From Octopus sinensis (Eukaryota), in assembly GCF_006345805.1 (NCBI RefSeq), contig NC_042998.1:58280001-58344000 (forward strand): a DNA stretch of 64,000 nucleotides. The letters are read 5' to 3'. Every line of letters begins with the position of its first letter. The first letter of the stretch is position 1. The position numbers and the translations under genes were made by a program. Of the stretch, positions 51,501-64,000 are shown one piece after another. The notes under the pieces are model-generated. The model was not told the DNA's origin, ran no database searches, and worked only from the letters and a program-made list of their open reading frames with translations.

Positions 51501-52169
51501 TCATTTCTTGAATTAATTGCCCGTTCTAACAGATAGTATCATGCTTTTTTTTTGTTTCCTGAAATAAGAGGCGAATTTCAGTTCCTTGAAAGTGTGTTTG
51601 TGTGTAGATCATTCAGTACATCATTAGGCCAATTGAATTATTTCTTCTCGTCCGTTTCGTATAGTGGAGTTTAAGGCAGACACAGTAGTGCGGTATTATT
51701 TGGAGGAGATTTAGTTGTTGCTTCCAGTAGGCGGGTGACCACAAAGTACTGAGCTAGCCCATCACTGATACGTATCAATGGCTAAAACAATTGTCACTGA
51801 GAAAGATTTAGCTGCCATCACTAACAGACTGTGTAGTCACAAGGAAATGAGTTAGCTTCTCACTGATTCATGCTCATAACCAAGTCATTTCCTAACTATC
51901 TAGTCCTCAAACTGTAACACATATTTCTGAAGTAATGTTGTAGAGAAAGTGATTATACTTTTATATAACAAAATCATTGAAAAAATTTGGTGACGAACGA
52001 TAAGGCACTAAGAAGAACACTGATTGTGGTGAATGTTTTACCATAGCTGGTTTGGCAGCGCACTACATTGGTTTGATATTAGTTTTCCACCCTTGTCATT
52101 CTACTGGGGTAACTATGACTGACGACATACCTCTCCTGGTAGCAACGTGAGAATTCCATATATAATATA

Positions 52170-52350
52170 AAACCATGCTGTACTTAGGAACATGCTCGTT
52201 AACGCCCATCATCCAAGCTGGCATGAGTTGGAAGATTTAGCATAGTCCGACGAAAACTACCCTGTGCTCCAATGTTTGCTTTGACATGGCTTCAACGGTT
52301 GAGTACCCTTCCTAACGCCAACTACTTTACAGAGTGCACTGGCTGCTTAC
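52170..52350 (-). mobile_element. Old interspersed repeat fragment (probably a third SINE family)
   Basis: Minus strand GTAAAGTAGTTGGCGTTAGGAAGGG...GCAAACATTGGAGC. A related remnant lies near 21030-21090. The family assignment is from recall only. Confidence 0.4.
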
Positions 52351-54347
52351 TTCGAAGAATTTTAATTAATTAAAACCACACCAATAATATTAAAATTCAA
52401 TTACTTAATGATTCGTTCCAGTAAAAAAAAAAAGAGAGACTAGCCCAGAATTTTAATTAAAAGCAGAATGCAGCGGGTATCATACAGCGAATATCATACA
52501 GTATTTAGTATATTCTGATCAAATTTACTAATAGTTTTTAGTGCATTTCAATTTCAAATACTGCTAGACTTCAAATTTATTGTCCAAACCCTTGAAGAGT
52601 CAATAGTAATATATCGTAGCGATCTGTAGTTTATTCATTGCCTTCAAAGAATTTCATATGCAATAAAAAAGACTCAAGTGGCAAAAGAAAGTCTGCAACC
52701 GCTTTCGATTGCCAACTAGAGGCAATTCATTTCACTTAGGAAATTAGTGTCTACAAAAAATATATAAGCGTCATACATTTTTATTTTTTTTATTTTATAA
52801 ATCTGGAAGTTTTAAGTAAAAGTCACACTAAATTTTAAAAATCCATACGTTGCTTTAAGATGATGCATTTCCCTTCAAGTTAAAACTAGCAGAAAATGAA
52901 ATATATCATTAAGAGAATCTAACTTTCTCGTCGCTATTTAAGAAATTTTTTTAATATTTTCCAATAAAAAGAAAAACGAACACATAAATATACATCTAAC
53001 TGTAATGAATTTTACACTCTCACAGGAATGGCAACTAGTGAGATGTTGAAATATAATCAATTTCCCTTAGGGTTATTTCATATTCTTAGACTTGGAAGGA
53101 AATAAAAGAACAATCATGCTCACACATATACATATCTGTATGAGCACGTGCATGTGTGTGTGTGTGTGTGTGTGTGTGTATTGAGTGATTATTTACAATT
53201 GTGTGGGATCTCAAATTTAGCAGGAGTAAATGTCGATTGTATAGATCGTAGTACATGATTAATACGTATGTTATCAATCCTAAGGGGGCTAAAACTGAAA
53301 TAACATTGAACTGTAATTGACTGATTTAATGTGTGTGTGTGTGTGTGTGTGTGTGTGTTCAAAATTAATGATGGGTATAACAATGCGAAAACAAAGTGAT
53401 AATATAATTATGAGTTTGACTTTCAACGAGAGGTTAGAAAGTAGAAGTGTTTTTGACGCTCATTAGTTCTTCGGAAAGTTAAGCAGTTAGAAGGGAAATG
53501 TATAGAGCTAGGGAAGAAGAAACAGAAATAGTGGGTGAAAATGGCAATGGTCGAATGACCAGAGGTAACACAGAAGAGAGTTGGTTTCAAAAGAGTTTGT
53601 ACATGCATCTGTGTGTCCGTGTGCTTTAAAGCATATTTGTGCGTGCTTCTTTCAGTGTTCGTGTGTGTATTTTGAACCCTTCATATATGAGTTAGTATGA
53701 ATGGGTGTGAAGGTACGAAATTTGTGTATGTGATGTATACGCATATGTGTGTTCATCGTTGTGTATATATTTTGAACCCAGTGTTTGAGGCCTATTATTT
53801 GTGGACGTATGCATAAATATACTCTTGGGACATGTATGCATTTGTGTACACGCGTGTGTGTGTGTGTGCATACCAGCTGTGTAAATGCCTTTCGACAGTG
53901 TTTGTTGATTGGTGTTTGTTAGGAGAAGTGTAAGTGATATGGAGAGTGAATATAAGTTACCGATTGTGCTTGCGCTATGGGTGTACCTGTGGGAGAAGAT
54001 AAAGAGGTACTTTTATGTGACTGTGTAGTCTATGTCGTTTTGGGTGCTTTTTGTTGTGAATCGGTATGTATGTTTGTATATCGTGTGTATAAGATGTTGA
54101 AGGTCGTGTTAAAGAAAAAGAAGAGTGCAATTGTGCAAAATTAAATTCAATACCCTTCGCGTTAGAGACGAAGATCTATGGAACCATGGTGTAGATCTAC
54201 ACCGGCCACTGAGTGATGCCGAGTTGAGTGAATCGCAGAACATAAATAGTGTAGAATGAGGAGTCCATTATCAAAACAACAGATATCTTGAAGATGTTCA
54301 GTCAAGCAGTCAAACAAGTGTCATGAGGTATGTGGGATATGTTGGGA

Positions 54348-55979
54348 GTGTTTTATTGCCCACAAGAAGCCAACACAGAGGGGACAATACATGTGGGGAC
54401 ACATAACATGAAAAAATAAATAAAACTGAAAAATAAAAATTAAAACTTATAATAACATGAATTATAATATGAAAATGAATAATGAATATGTGCTGTTTGC
54501 GCCTACTTCCTTTTGTCTTTTGTACTACAAGTCTTTCAGAATATCTATGCCATATTCCTCCACTAGCACCTCGTATCTCATATTGTCCGGTATCGTTTTT
54601 AGATCAGCAATTACCTTCCAACACTTCTGTCCTTTCTAAAATTTCACTATTTCTTCCTTTTGACTTTCTGTCACCATCACACACGAGTGCCATCCTATTA
54701 TGCTTGTACAACCTTCTACGTTAATAGATTTAGCAGTTTTCCACTTTATCTTGTTAAGCAATTCTTTGTCTATATCTTTCGTCATCATACATACGTATCA
54801 ATTATCACTGGGAGGGGAATTTTGTGCATTCTGGTATGTCCGTTTTTCTTTTTTCCTTTTGCTCTATGTAGGAGGGGAATGGGTGGATTTGGTGTCTGTG
54901 GGGATGAATGGGTCTGAGAGGGAATGGTTGGGGTGGGTATGGTTTGGGGTTCCACTTCACACTGTCCTTTCTTCCGCTTTCTTTCTTCTGCTACTGTCCA
55001 CTCTTCTACATTTTTCTTTTCTTCCTCTTGTACCTGCTCCTTCTCCGGCTCCTTTCCATCTTCCTCCTGACCGACCTCCTTGCTTCTATAAAGGGTAGTG
55101 TGCTCTAATGTGGCCTTTTTGGCCACATATAAAACAACGAAGCATTCTATCATGTGCCTACACTCTCAAAATCATATCTCCTATTGTTACTGTCTCCACC
55201 AAACCTTCCAATGTTTCCACTGCAGCCTGTATAATTAAGTCCATTGTTTTGCCTTTCCAAATCGAATTTACTGTTTCTGTAACTTGGAGGACGGCTGTTT
55301 CTTCCTTACTTCCTAGAAGAACAGTCACCGCAACCCAAGCCACATCTATGTCCGGCGGGATTCCTTCTACCCTAAGCTTGAAACTTCTTCCAAGATAAGT
55401 AGGTAGAAGGACTAGTTTTCCGATTTCACTGTAGTTTTGGCATGTTCCTTCGTTTTTGCTTCTGTCTTAAAATGGACCACAATAGTACCATATTTGTTGC
55501 CTCTCGCCAGGTATACTATATCTTGCCATATTGTGCATAATATCCTTTCTATTTCTTCAAACTCCACATGTACTATTTTCTTTTCTTTCCCAGAATATAC
55601 CTTGTAAACTGTTTTTCTTTTGTCCATTTCTTCCGATATCTTTTGTGGTGGCTACAACTTAATGTCACCCCCTATTCTGTGAGCCATTCTTCCATACTTT
55701 TCTATATTTCTTAAGTTCACTTCCATTTTTTGCAGCCCGTCACTTCAGCAAAGCTTTTTCTTTCCAAATGCTTATCCTTTCTGTCCACTGCCATTATAAG
55801 CTCCTCCTCCGAATAAGATAATTCGAAACCACAAAGGTTCGAATAGGACATTCGTTTCATTGCCATACTCCTCTCTCCCTAAAACAGAAAGAAGCACAAC
55901 CAAAGGACCGCTGCAAAGCAGCACAAAACAACCTTAAAAAAAACACACAAATCACACAAAACACGATACGAGATTTCAC
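54348..55979 (-). mobile_element. ORF1-only (HAL1-like) non-LTR retroelement, 1632 bp, with a 22-bp TSD
   Basis: A perfect direct repeat AGGTATGTGGGATATGTTGGGA lies at 54326-54347 and 55980-56001. Between them is a single decayed L1/Tx1-like ORF1 and no endonuclease or RT motifs. The 3' end reads TTGTCCCCTCTGTGTTGGCTTCTTGTGGGCAATAAAAC. Confidence 0.75.
54462..55794 (-). pseudogene. Decayed L1/Tx1-like ORF1p (gag-like, zinc knuckle)
   Basis: MAVDRKD..SFAEVT; IVYLARGNKYGTIVVHFKTE; LLPTYLG; LRVEGIPPDID; CFICGQKGHIRAHY (CX2CX4HX4C with the last C>Y, 55095-55136); an E/K/P-rich linker; and a C-terminal KDIDKELLNKIKWK...EEYGIDILKDL. Several stops and frameshifts. Confidence 0.75.
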
Positions 55980-56065
55980 AGGTATGTGGGATATGTTGGG
56001 AATTACTGAGAAACACGTTAAGCAGTAAATAGTGTGTGCATGATGGTCTAAATGTATCTGTTCTG

Positions 56066-56470
56066 ACAGGCAGCACAGTGAGTTCAAATCTGCTGCAGTC
56101 AGCTTTGACTTTCATCTTTTCAAAGTAAATAAATAAAATACCAGCGACCTTATGCAAGTGTCTTCTACTTTAGCCTCGGGCCGGCCAAATCCTTGTGAGT
56201 GAATTTACTAGACGGAAACTGAAAGAATCCCGTCGTATACATGTGTGTTTTTGTGTGTCTTTGTGCCAGTGCTAGTCCATCGCCACCATTTGACAAGCGG
56301 TGTTAGTATGTTTACGTCCCCGTATGCTAGAGGTTCAGCAAAAGAAACCAAAAGAGTAAGTGCCAGGCATAAAAAAAACGTACTGAGGTCGACTAATTCA
56401 ACAAAAATTCTTCCAAGTGGTGTTCCAGCACGGCCACGGTCTAATGACTTAAGTAAAAAGACAGAAATAA
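56066..56470 (+). mobile_element. Family A SINE remnant fused to a headless family B SINE
   Basis: GAGTTCAAATC...TTTCATCTTT...ATACCAGCG runs directly into ACCTTATGCAAGTGTCTTCTAC (the CORE-like segment) and the rest of family B. Confidence 0.7.
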
Positions 56471-58121
56471 AATCTGTTTTTTTTTATGCTTATTGAGTCT
56501 AAAGGAAAGAGCCTCGTCCACGACTTTTTCAACCCCCCCCCCCAAGACTGATGAACTTGATCCTGTTAATATATATATATATACCTCGCGGCATCTGTGT
56601 TATGTGGTAAAAAGCTTGCTTCCTAACCACATGGTTCGGTTTCATTGAGTGGCATCTTGGGCATATATAATACATACATAATAGTCTGCATTTATGATAT
56701 ATTATGCATATGTATTTGTTTTTATAACTGCCTATGAACTTGTATATCTATTTTTCTAATCATCTGCCAGTAAAAATGTTTTTAGTAAAACATTTTTCAT
56801 ATGGTGATCAATATATATATTTAGTGTATTTTTATTTGTGCAAACGTTTAGCAAAGATATATGATATCTTCTCTTATAAAATGTAACTACACACTTCGCT
56901 GTTAATACATAAATGTAGTTGTGTATTTGACATTTGAGATGATGATATCTTTTCAATAGTGTTGCGGTTATTTTAGTGTAACAGAAACAACTAACATACT
57001 GAGCCTCTTAAATCACATCTGACGTATTGCACCATGGGGGTACCTAAAAATTATGCTCAGTCCTCAGAAATTTTCTCCCTGTTTATGTCTTTGCCGCAGG
57101 TATTGAGCTACAATTATTTAAATAGAACAGTAATAGCATCAAACTCATTAGTCTTGAGGGTCTTACAAAAGTCATAGGCAAGGCTCTTTCTTGTAGACTC
57201 AACAAGCCAATAAAAAACTCCCAGACTTTATCTCTGTGATTTAGCATTTGAAAAGCTCCGAGATCTTTTTATTTCGCCTCTAGTTTTGTGAATGTTTGCC
57301 TTTCTCTTTAAAATAAATTTAATGCATACAGCTTGCTTTATCAACACAAATAAGTTTCCTACCATTGTCTTACAATGACAGTCAAGCCAGCTACGTCTAA
57401 AGATCATTTTCTGGACTGATTTCTTGTGAAATTTAAGCTGGATAAAATTCGAGTGCTTCCTGAGGTACATGTCTACAATTTGTTAATTCTATTATTTTTA
57501 ATCGTTAATTCTTCATTTTATCATCAACGGAATTCGTAGACATCATCTTCACATTATGGATGAGATCAGTGTTATTTATGGCACAGATTTGGAGTATTAT
57601 TGCTTCTCGTTAGATATCACAGAAACTGGGGCATTTGAGATTGTAGGGATATAAGTTACCCAAGAGAAGTACATCAAAATATTGATCTAGTTGGGTTAAT
57701 ATCAGTTCTATCTATTCAAGAATCACTTCAAATGTTTCCCATCATTTGAGGCATTTAATAGTCGATACATCTACATATATGTACATTATAGCTCTACCAT
57801 AACATCTTTCTTTCGTGACAATACCAAATAAACGACATACTTTAGTATGAATGCATCATGTTATGTTAATTGCAAGATGTGTTTCTGTAAATGTCATGCA
57901 TATTACCTGATTGTATCTGGAATGTTCTCGCGTGTAAGGAGTTGTACTTCTGTTACTAAGTTATAACAGATCTCTGACATTTAACAGTATGATTAATGTG
58001 ACATTATAATAGATGTATGTGAGAACTATCTTTGGTTTTATTTATGGTAAATTTGCGCGTTGGAGTATCTACTACAGCGAAATAATCTGCTACACTAGCT
58101 TCAGAGTCATTTTTAATATTC

Positions 58122-58672
58122 TTTTCTACTCTAAGCACAAGGCCCGAAATTTTTGGGGAGGGGCTAGTCGATTAGATCGACCACAATACAAAAGGATAAA
58201 AGGCAAAGTCGACCTCGGCGGAATTTGAACTCAGAACTTAAAGACAGACGAAATACCTATTTCTTTACTACCCACAAGGGGCTAAACACAGAGAGGGCAA
58301 ACAAGGACAGTCAAACGGATTAAGTCGATTATATCGAGCCCAGTGCGTAACTGGTACTTATTTAATCGACCCCGAAAGGATGAAAGGCAAAGTCGACCTC
58401 GGCGGAATTTGAACTCAAAAGATAAAGACAGACGAAATACCTATTTCTTTACTACCTACAAGGGGCTAAACACAGAGGGGACAAATAAGGACAGACAAAC
58501 GGATTAAGTCGAATACATCGACGCCAGTGCGTAACTAGTACTTAATTTATCGACCCCGAAAGGATGAAAGGCAAAGTCGACCTCGGCGGAATTTGAACTC
58601 AGAACGTAAGCGCAGACGAAATGCGGCTACGCATTTCGCCCGACGTGCTAACGTTTCTGCCAGTTCACCACT
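58122..58672 (-). mobile_element. Family A SINE trimer (184-bp internal period)
   Basis: One head at about 58672, two long-tail units and one short-tail unit. Identical junctions at 58250-58263 and 58434-58447. Confidence 0.92.
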
Positions 58673-59897
58673 TTCAGTCATTTTTAAAATTGAAACTCGA
58701 CTGATGCATGCGTGCCAATGATGTGCACTGTATCCTCATCGTGTAGGTGTATGTGAATCTTTCATTCATATTTTCTTCTTTAATGATAATGCTCTGTAGA
58801 TTATCGGGTTCCTACCACAATAGCTCTTGTTTGTGTAGGTAAAATATTTTCCTGCTTCCTTTTGATGCTAGTGTAACTCTGACAGATTTTAGGATGAACA
58901 AAGTGGCTGTTTGCTCCATTTTTCTCCATGTCTGCAGTTACATTTCAGTAGCACCTACAGGTTACTATAGCTCTGTCAATTATGCTACAATTATTTTCAT
59001 TTCTCATTTCTAGTCCGTATTTATTGGCTTCTTTTTTAGTATTTCTATTAAATGGTTATCCATCTTTTGTTCTTGGTGGTAACTATAATTGCATTTTCCA
59101 TTATTTCTGTTGTTGTCTTTAGTAAAATAGATCTGCTTTAGTGTTTGTGCTTTTGTCGGCTTTCATGGCACTTTCTCAATCACAATATTAACGTCATCCT
59201 TCTAAATTTCTACATGGCCTGTGGCATTTTTACAACTGGCCGCTTTGTCCATATTTTCTCTATTCTCGCATTTCATAAGGCTGTTAAACAAATATACCGG
59301 TGAGCTAGCAGTGTTTATTTCTCATGTTAAAGATTCCTTTAGGTCATATTTAAAGACGTTCACCGCTGCCACGTTTCTAAATTAAATATATTGATTAAAT
59401 TTTCTAGATATATTAGTCAGTTGTAAAAGACTGTCGCGTTCATCAACCTTACAGCAGACAGCAAAAGAGGGGTTACTGTATAATAAACAAGACAGACTTT
59501 TATGAATGTCTCATGCAGATAGTAGATTTAATTTAATTTACGAACGCAGTGACGGCCAAAATATTTAAGTATAAATAATTTAATTTCATAAGGCTGTCTG
59601 ATATAATGAAATATGATTTGATGAGTAAATTCGTATGTTTTATAAACTCTGTATGTGACGGAGTTCGTGAATTTACCAGAACCTGATGCTTCCCACTTTA
59701 TGCGCATCTAAATAAATTCGTTCCTTTTTATCGGTATTTGACTATTGATCTATGGAATTCATAATTATTTCTCTGAGCATTTGCGATTAATTTATTATAC
59801 AGAGATCGTTTACCCATATTCTATGCCCAAAAACAAGCAACTTTTGTTCCAACTGCAAATTCTGTTTAACCATTTCATTATTATTATCTTCTGTCAC

Positions 59898-60490
59898 AGA
59901 GCAGCGAGCTGGTAGAACAGTTTAAGCATCAGAAGTGATTTGCTGCAATTGCCCCGACTGTTTGTGTTTCGAGTTCAAATTCCGCAGAGATGAACTATGC
60001 CTTCCATTATTCCAGAGTTCATAAAATAATGTACCAGCCAAGTACTGAGCCAATGCTATCAATCCTCTCGCCTTGTGCTAAAATCAGAAACTATTATTTG
60101 TCACAGACCAGAGAATTAATAGAATAGTAACAGCGTAGGAAGAAATGCTTGCAATATTTCTTCTGAGGAGTTCAAATTCCGCCGAGGTCGACTTTGCCTT
60201 TCCTCCTTTAGGTGTCAATAAATTAAGTACCAGTTGCGTACTGGGGTCGTTCTAATCGATTGGCCCCTCCCCAAAAAGTTCAGGCCTTCTGCGTAGAGTA
60301 GAAAAGAATATTTCTTCAGAGGAAGCGCTTGCAATATTTACGTTGTGTGTTCAAATTTCACCGAATCAATTTTGCTGTTCATCCCTCTGGGACAGCTAAA
60401 TCTCAATGCTATTCAAATACTGATGTCATAATCGATGAGGCCTGCACTACTCCACTCAAAATCACTGGTCTTGTGACTAAATTAGAAGCA
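59898..60490 (+). mobile_element. Three diverged family A SINE units in tandem
   Basis: B-box GTTCAAAT(T)TC at about 59972, 60170 and 60349, each followed by a body or tail remnant. Confidence 0.75.
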
Positions 60491-60948
60491 ATTGTTATGA
60501 ATTGTCCTGATATGACTATCAATTGTAAATTTGCTTTCTTTAGTTACAACGTTCGTCTAGATAACAGGATAGTTATAAGGTCTTAAGAATACTGCGATGG
60601 AGTATATCTCGTTACAGATAGCATTAATTAATAATACCGATTAAAAATATTCAGAGGAAAAAAATAGAGTTGTTTTAGTTTTTCAATAAGAAACTTGTCA
60701 TATTAATTATAAAAACATTACGTCAACCATTCCACTAAAAGATAGAAGTATTAATATTCAACATATGTCAGACAAATTATAAGAATATTATTTGCAGCCA
60801 TGCAAAATCCCAACCATTTTTGTTGTTGTTGTTGTTGCTGTTGTTGTTGTTATTTTTGTGAATGTAAAAAAATTTAAAACCGGTATAGTATTTCAGAGTC
60901 GAGTAATATAATATAGGGATAAGTGCATACATGTGTGTGTGTGTGTAC

Positions 60949-60998
<50 letters not shown>

Positions 60999-61126
60999 TA
61001 AATACAATTACACGAACAAGTAAACATGCACATGCCTACATATACTCATATATGTGTTTATTCACAGACACAGACACACATTCATATGTGTGTGTGTGTG
61101 TGTATAAACTGCCTACATACATACAT

Positions 61127-61178
<52 letters not shown>

Positions 61179-61294
61179 GGTGGCAAAATGCAGGTGCAAG
61201 TTCGGAACATATAGTCCACTAAGTAGGGCTGAGAGAGATCGAATTCTTAAATTCCAGCCTCTTAATCAGGTGAAGGAGTTCGGAATCGCAAATG

Positions 61295-61642
61295 TCAGTG
61301 AGAGGAGAGGTAATCTTGCTTCCCAATCACATAATTCCGGGTTCAGTCACGTGGCACCGTGGGAAAGTGAGTGGATTTGGTAGGCAGAAACTTAATGAAG
61401 CCCGTTGTGTATATGTATATGTATATATCTATGTGAGTGTATCTTTGTCTCTGTGTTTGTCTCCCAACCCCGCTTGACAACAGGTGTTAGTGTGTTTACG
61501 TATCCGTAACCTAGCGGTTCGGCAAAGTGACTGATAGAATAAGTATCAAGCTTTAAAAAAATAATTCTCGGGTCGATTTGTTTGACTTCAAGGCGGTGCC
61601 CTAGCATGGCCGCAGTCAAATGATTGAAGCAAATAAAAGATA
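61295..61642 (+). mobile_element. Family B SINE with an internal deletion
   Basis: TTCCGGGTTCAGTC, GTGAGTGGATTTGGTAG and GGCGGTGCCCTAGCATGGCCGCAGTCAAATG. Confidence 0.82.
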
Positions 61643-61894
61643 CATTTTACCTGATGCAAGCAGGTACAGTCTTTACAGTTGTTTCAAATAATAGTGAATG
61701 GGTGATATAATAATGCATATAATATAGATAAGTGTAATACTGAGATAATATTACTCATTAGTGCCTAAGGAGAGCTATTATCAACTGTCACGAAGCTTAA
61801 CAGCTGAGGTCCTTCTGGCGACAAATTCACAATATTCTCTAGTATAGACTTAACAGCATCTGTATGCACACCCACTCACTCGCACGTAGACACA

Positions 61895-61953
<59 letters not shown>
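61895..61953. repeat. (AAT)n microsatellite
   Basis: Directly visible. It may be the tail of a repeat at about 61954-62215. Confidence 0.95.
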
Positions 61954-61955
<2 letters not shown>

Positions 61956-62265
61956 GCTCTGATGCAGTACCAGACAGTGGCTCTCATGGCTCCTGATCTT
62001 AACTGATTGGAAGTATTACCATGTACATTGTTTTGTCTTGGTATAAAAGATGGGCTACTGCAAATATTCTGCTCAATACCATAGATTTGCTTGTCAGTTG
62101 CTTGACCTTAACCAGATGATCATGTCTCTTAGTGGCTGACAATATGTGCATCTCTGATCACGAGCAGAAGTAGTGCGGAAGCATCATAGCCATGTGTTGA
62201 AAGGAATTCTTATCAATGTGGTGAACTTGTGTGAGTAACCCAGCTTGGTTAGGATGGTCCAGAAA

Positions 62266-62267
<2 letters not shown>

Positions 62268-62332
<65 letters not shown>

Positions 62333-62407
62333 ACACACACACTCACGTACATACATACATGCATACATACATACATACATACATACATACATACATACAT
62401 ACATACA

Positions 62408-62439
<32 letters not shown>

Positions 62440-62440
62440 C
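62268..62440. repeat. (CT)n-(CA)n-(CATA)n compound microsatellite
   Basis: Directly visible. Confidence 0.95.
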
Positions 62441-64000
62441 TGAGGTAGATGGGTGCGATATTTCTTTTGGTTCTCTGCATACCGAATTCAAATCGTATTG
62501 CAAAAAACTTTATAAACCTTTCGCGATCCAAAACTGTGACTTAGTGGAATTGTTAGGGCCTTGAACTAACAGTATCTTAACAGTATCTTCTCTGGCTCTT
62601 AGCGTTCTAATTGCAATGCTTGAGACAACAATCAGGCTGTGTCGTAACAGAACTTGACTTTCTTCTCTTTTGAGCAACATCGGTGACATGGAGAGAAGGG
62701 TTTTCTATGCATAGAGAACTACTATTGTCTTCCAGATAAGCTTTACCCAGATCTTCCCCTTAGACATGAACTTACCAAGTGCAGATCCATACATTCATGT
62801 GACAAATAAAGGCGCCAAAAATATCGGACGAATAATTTTGTGGTTCAATGTTTGATACATACAATGCATTTACTTATTTCACAGCATTTGCAGAGAGAAT
62901 GTATTGTCCTTTTCAAAGCACATTCGGAACTGGACAACAATAGACTGTATCATCCGAATGTATATGTTACTGGAATGTGACCTCTGTACACCACAGGAAA
63001 TACAATATAATTACCACATATATAGTTATCCAAAAGAAGAAATAAAGTGATGTAAAATCAGATGGTATTATACGGCAGACACTTGTATAAGCTGTCCGAA
63101 ATTGTAACCAGGTTAACTATCTACTGACACATGGAAGTGGAGGTATGACAATGCCATTCCCGGTGGAATAAGAAACTAAAGAGATCAAACCTACCAAAAG
63201 AATGACAATTCAGTGAGAGTAGATAGAAAATACGCAGAAACCTCCCCCAGGGAAGCAACACACAAACAATGGAAGACAACAGAACAATGATTTTGGTGAC
63301 ATAAGATATCAGCAAATTCAAATAACAATTTATCACTTTAAATTAAGTAAACAGAGCTGAATTTCTAGTGAAACAAGATATAATGATGAAATCAACCGCG
63401 CCGAATTAACCAATGAAAAGCTACTATACAACATCTTCAGAACTTTAATGCCTACGGACAGACTGCCTAAACACTAAATGCAGAAATGGAAAACAAACAA
63501 CAAAAAAAAACATGATAACAGAATAAACAACGTTTAGCAACTTCAAATACAGAATAACAATTTAGAGGATGAAAGCAGGATGTAATAATGAAAGTAAACA
63601 GAGTAAGAATTTTAGCAAAATAGGATATAAGGATGGAATCAACTAGTAGAGATAGAAGGATGATTGTATGAGCCAATGAAAAGCGTCATGAAAGTCATCA
63701 AAAAGACATGCATCATAAACAAAAGAAAATCTGGGGCAGTCGGATATGACACTGAAATCGACCAACGGTGACCGAACAACCAATGAATAAAGAGCAATAG
63801 CAAACATAAACCTAATCTCAACGAAATATCATTTAGAAATTGACTAAAAGAAAGCAATTGACACATATGTATGAACCCTTTCCAATATTTATAAAAGCAG
63901 TTTGAAACACCAAAAATAAAACAGTCCACCTTAAGATTGTGTTGCGTGAATTTGGATCATGACAAAAATCATTCAGTTTGCATACATTATGTGTGTGTGT

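Noticed and set aside
57228-57470. 80-aa minus-strand ORF with a CHC motif
   Set aside because: No recognisable domain or splice context, and the length is within chance expectation.
58740-59230. Possible very old R4-type endonuclease remnant on the minus strand
   Set aside because: The similarity is too fragmentary to call by eye.
62560-63960. Possible decayed LINE, Penelope or transposase coding sequence
   Set aside because: Only isolated weak motifs (for example YCISC) and no consistent frame.

Overview
AT-rich, gene-poor eukaryotic DNA. The SINE types and the mass of (TA)n, (TATG)n and (TAC)n microsatellites are most consistent with an octopus (coleoid cephalopod) genome; this assignment is recalled from known octopus OK/OR-type SINEs, not from a search. 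No intact protein-coding gene is visible, and most ORFs in the supplied track are microsatellite translations. The window holds two abundant tRNA-derived SINE families, decayed LINEs (CR1-group x2, RTE, R4/Dong x2), Penelope-like fragments, three non-autonomous Helitrons, a Tc1 transposase remnant, a pogo-type and a hAT-type MITE, and one candidate 84-bp coding exon. Three things stand out. (1) At 14706-15190, a 287-bp tandem unit contains a perfect 132-bp palindrome that encodes a type I hammerhead ribozyme on both strands, giving four hammerheads and a retrozyme/viroid-like layout. (2) At 54348-55979, an ORF1-only (HAL1-like) retroelement has a perfect 22-bp target-site duplication, and its 3' end matches the long tail of one SINE family. 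(3) That SINE forms multimers with the same palindromic junction at five separate loci. All coordinates were read by eye and no searches or folding programs were run.
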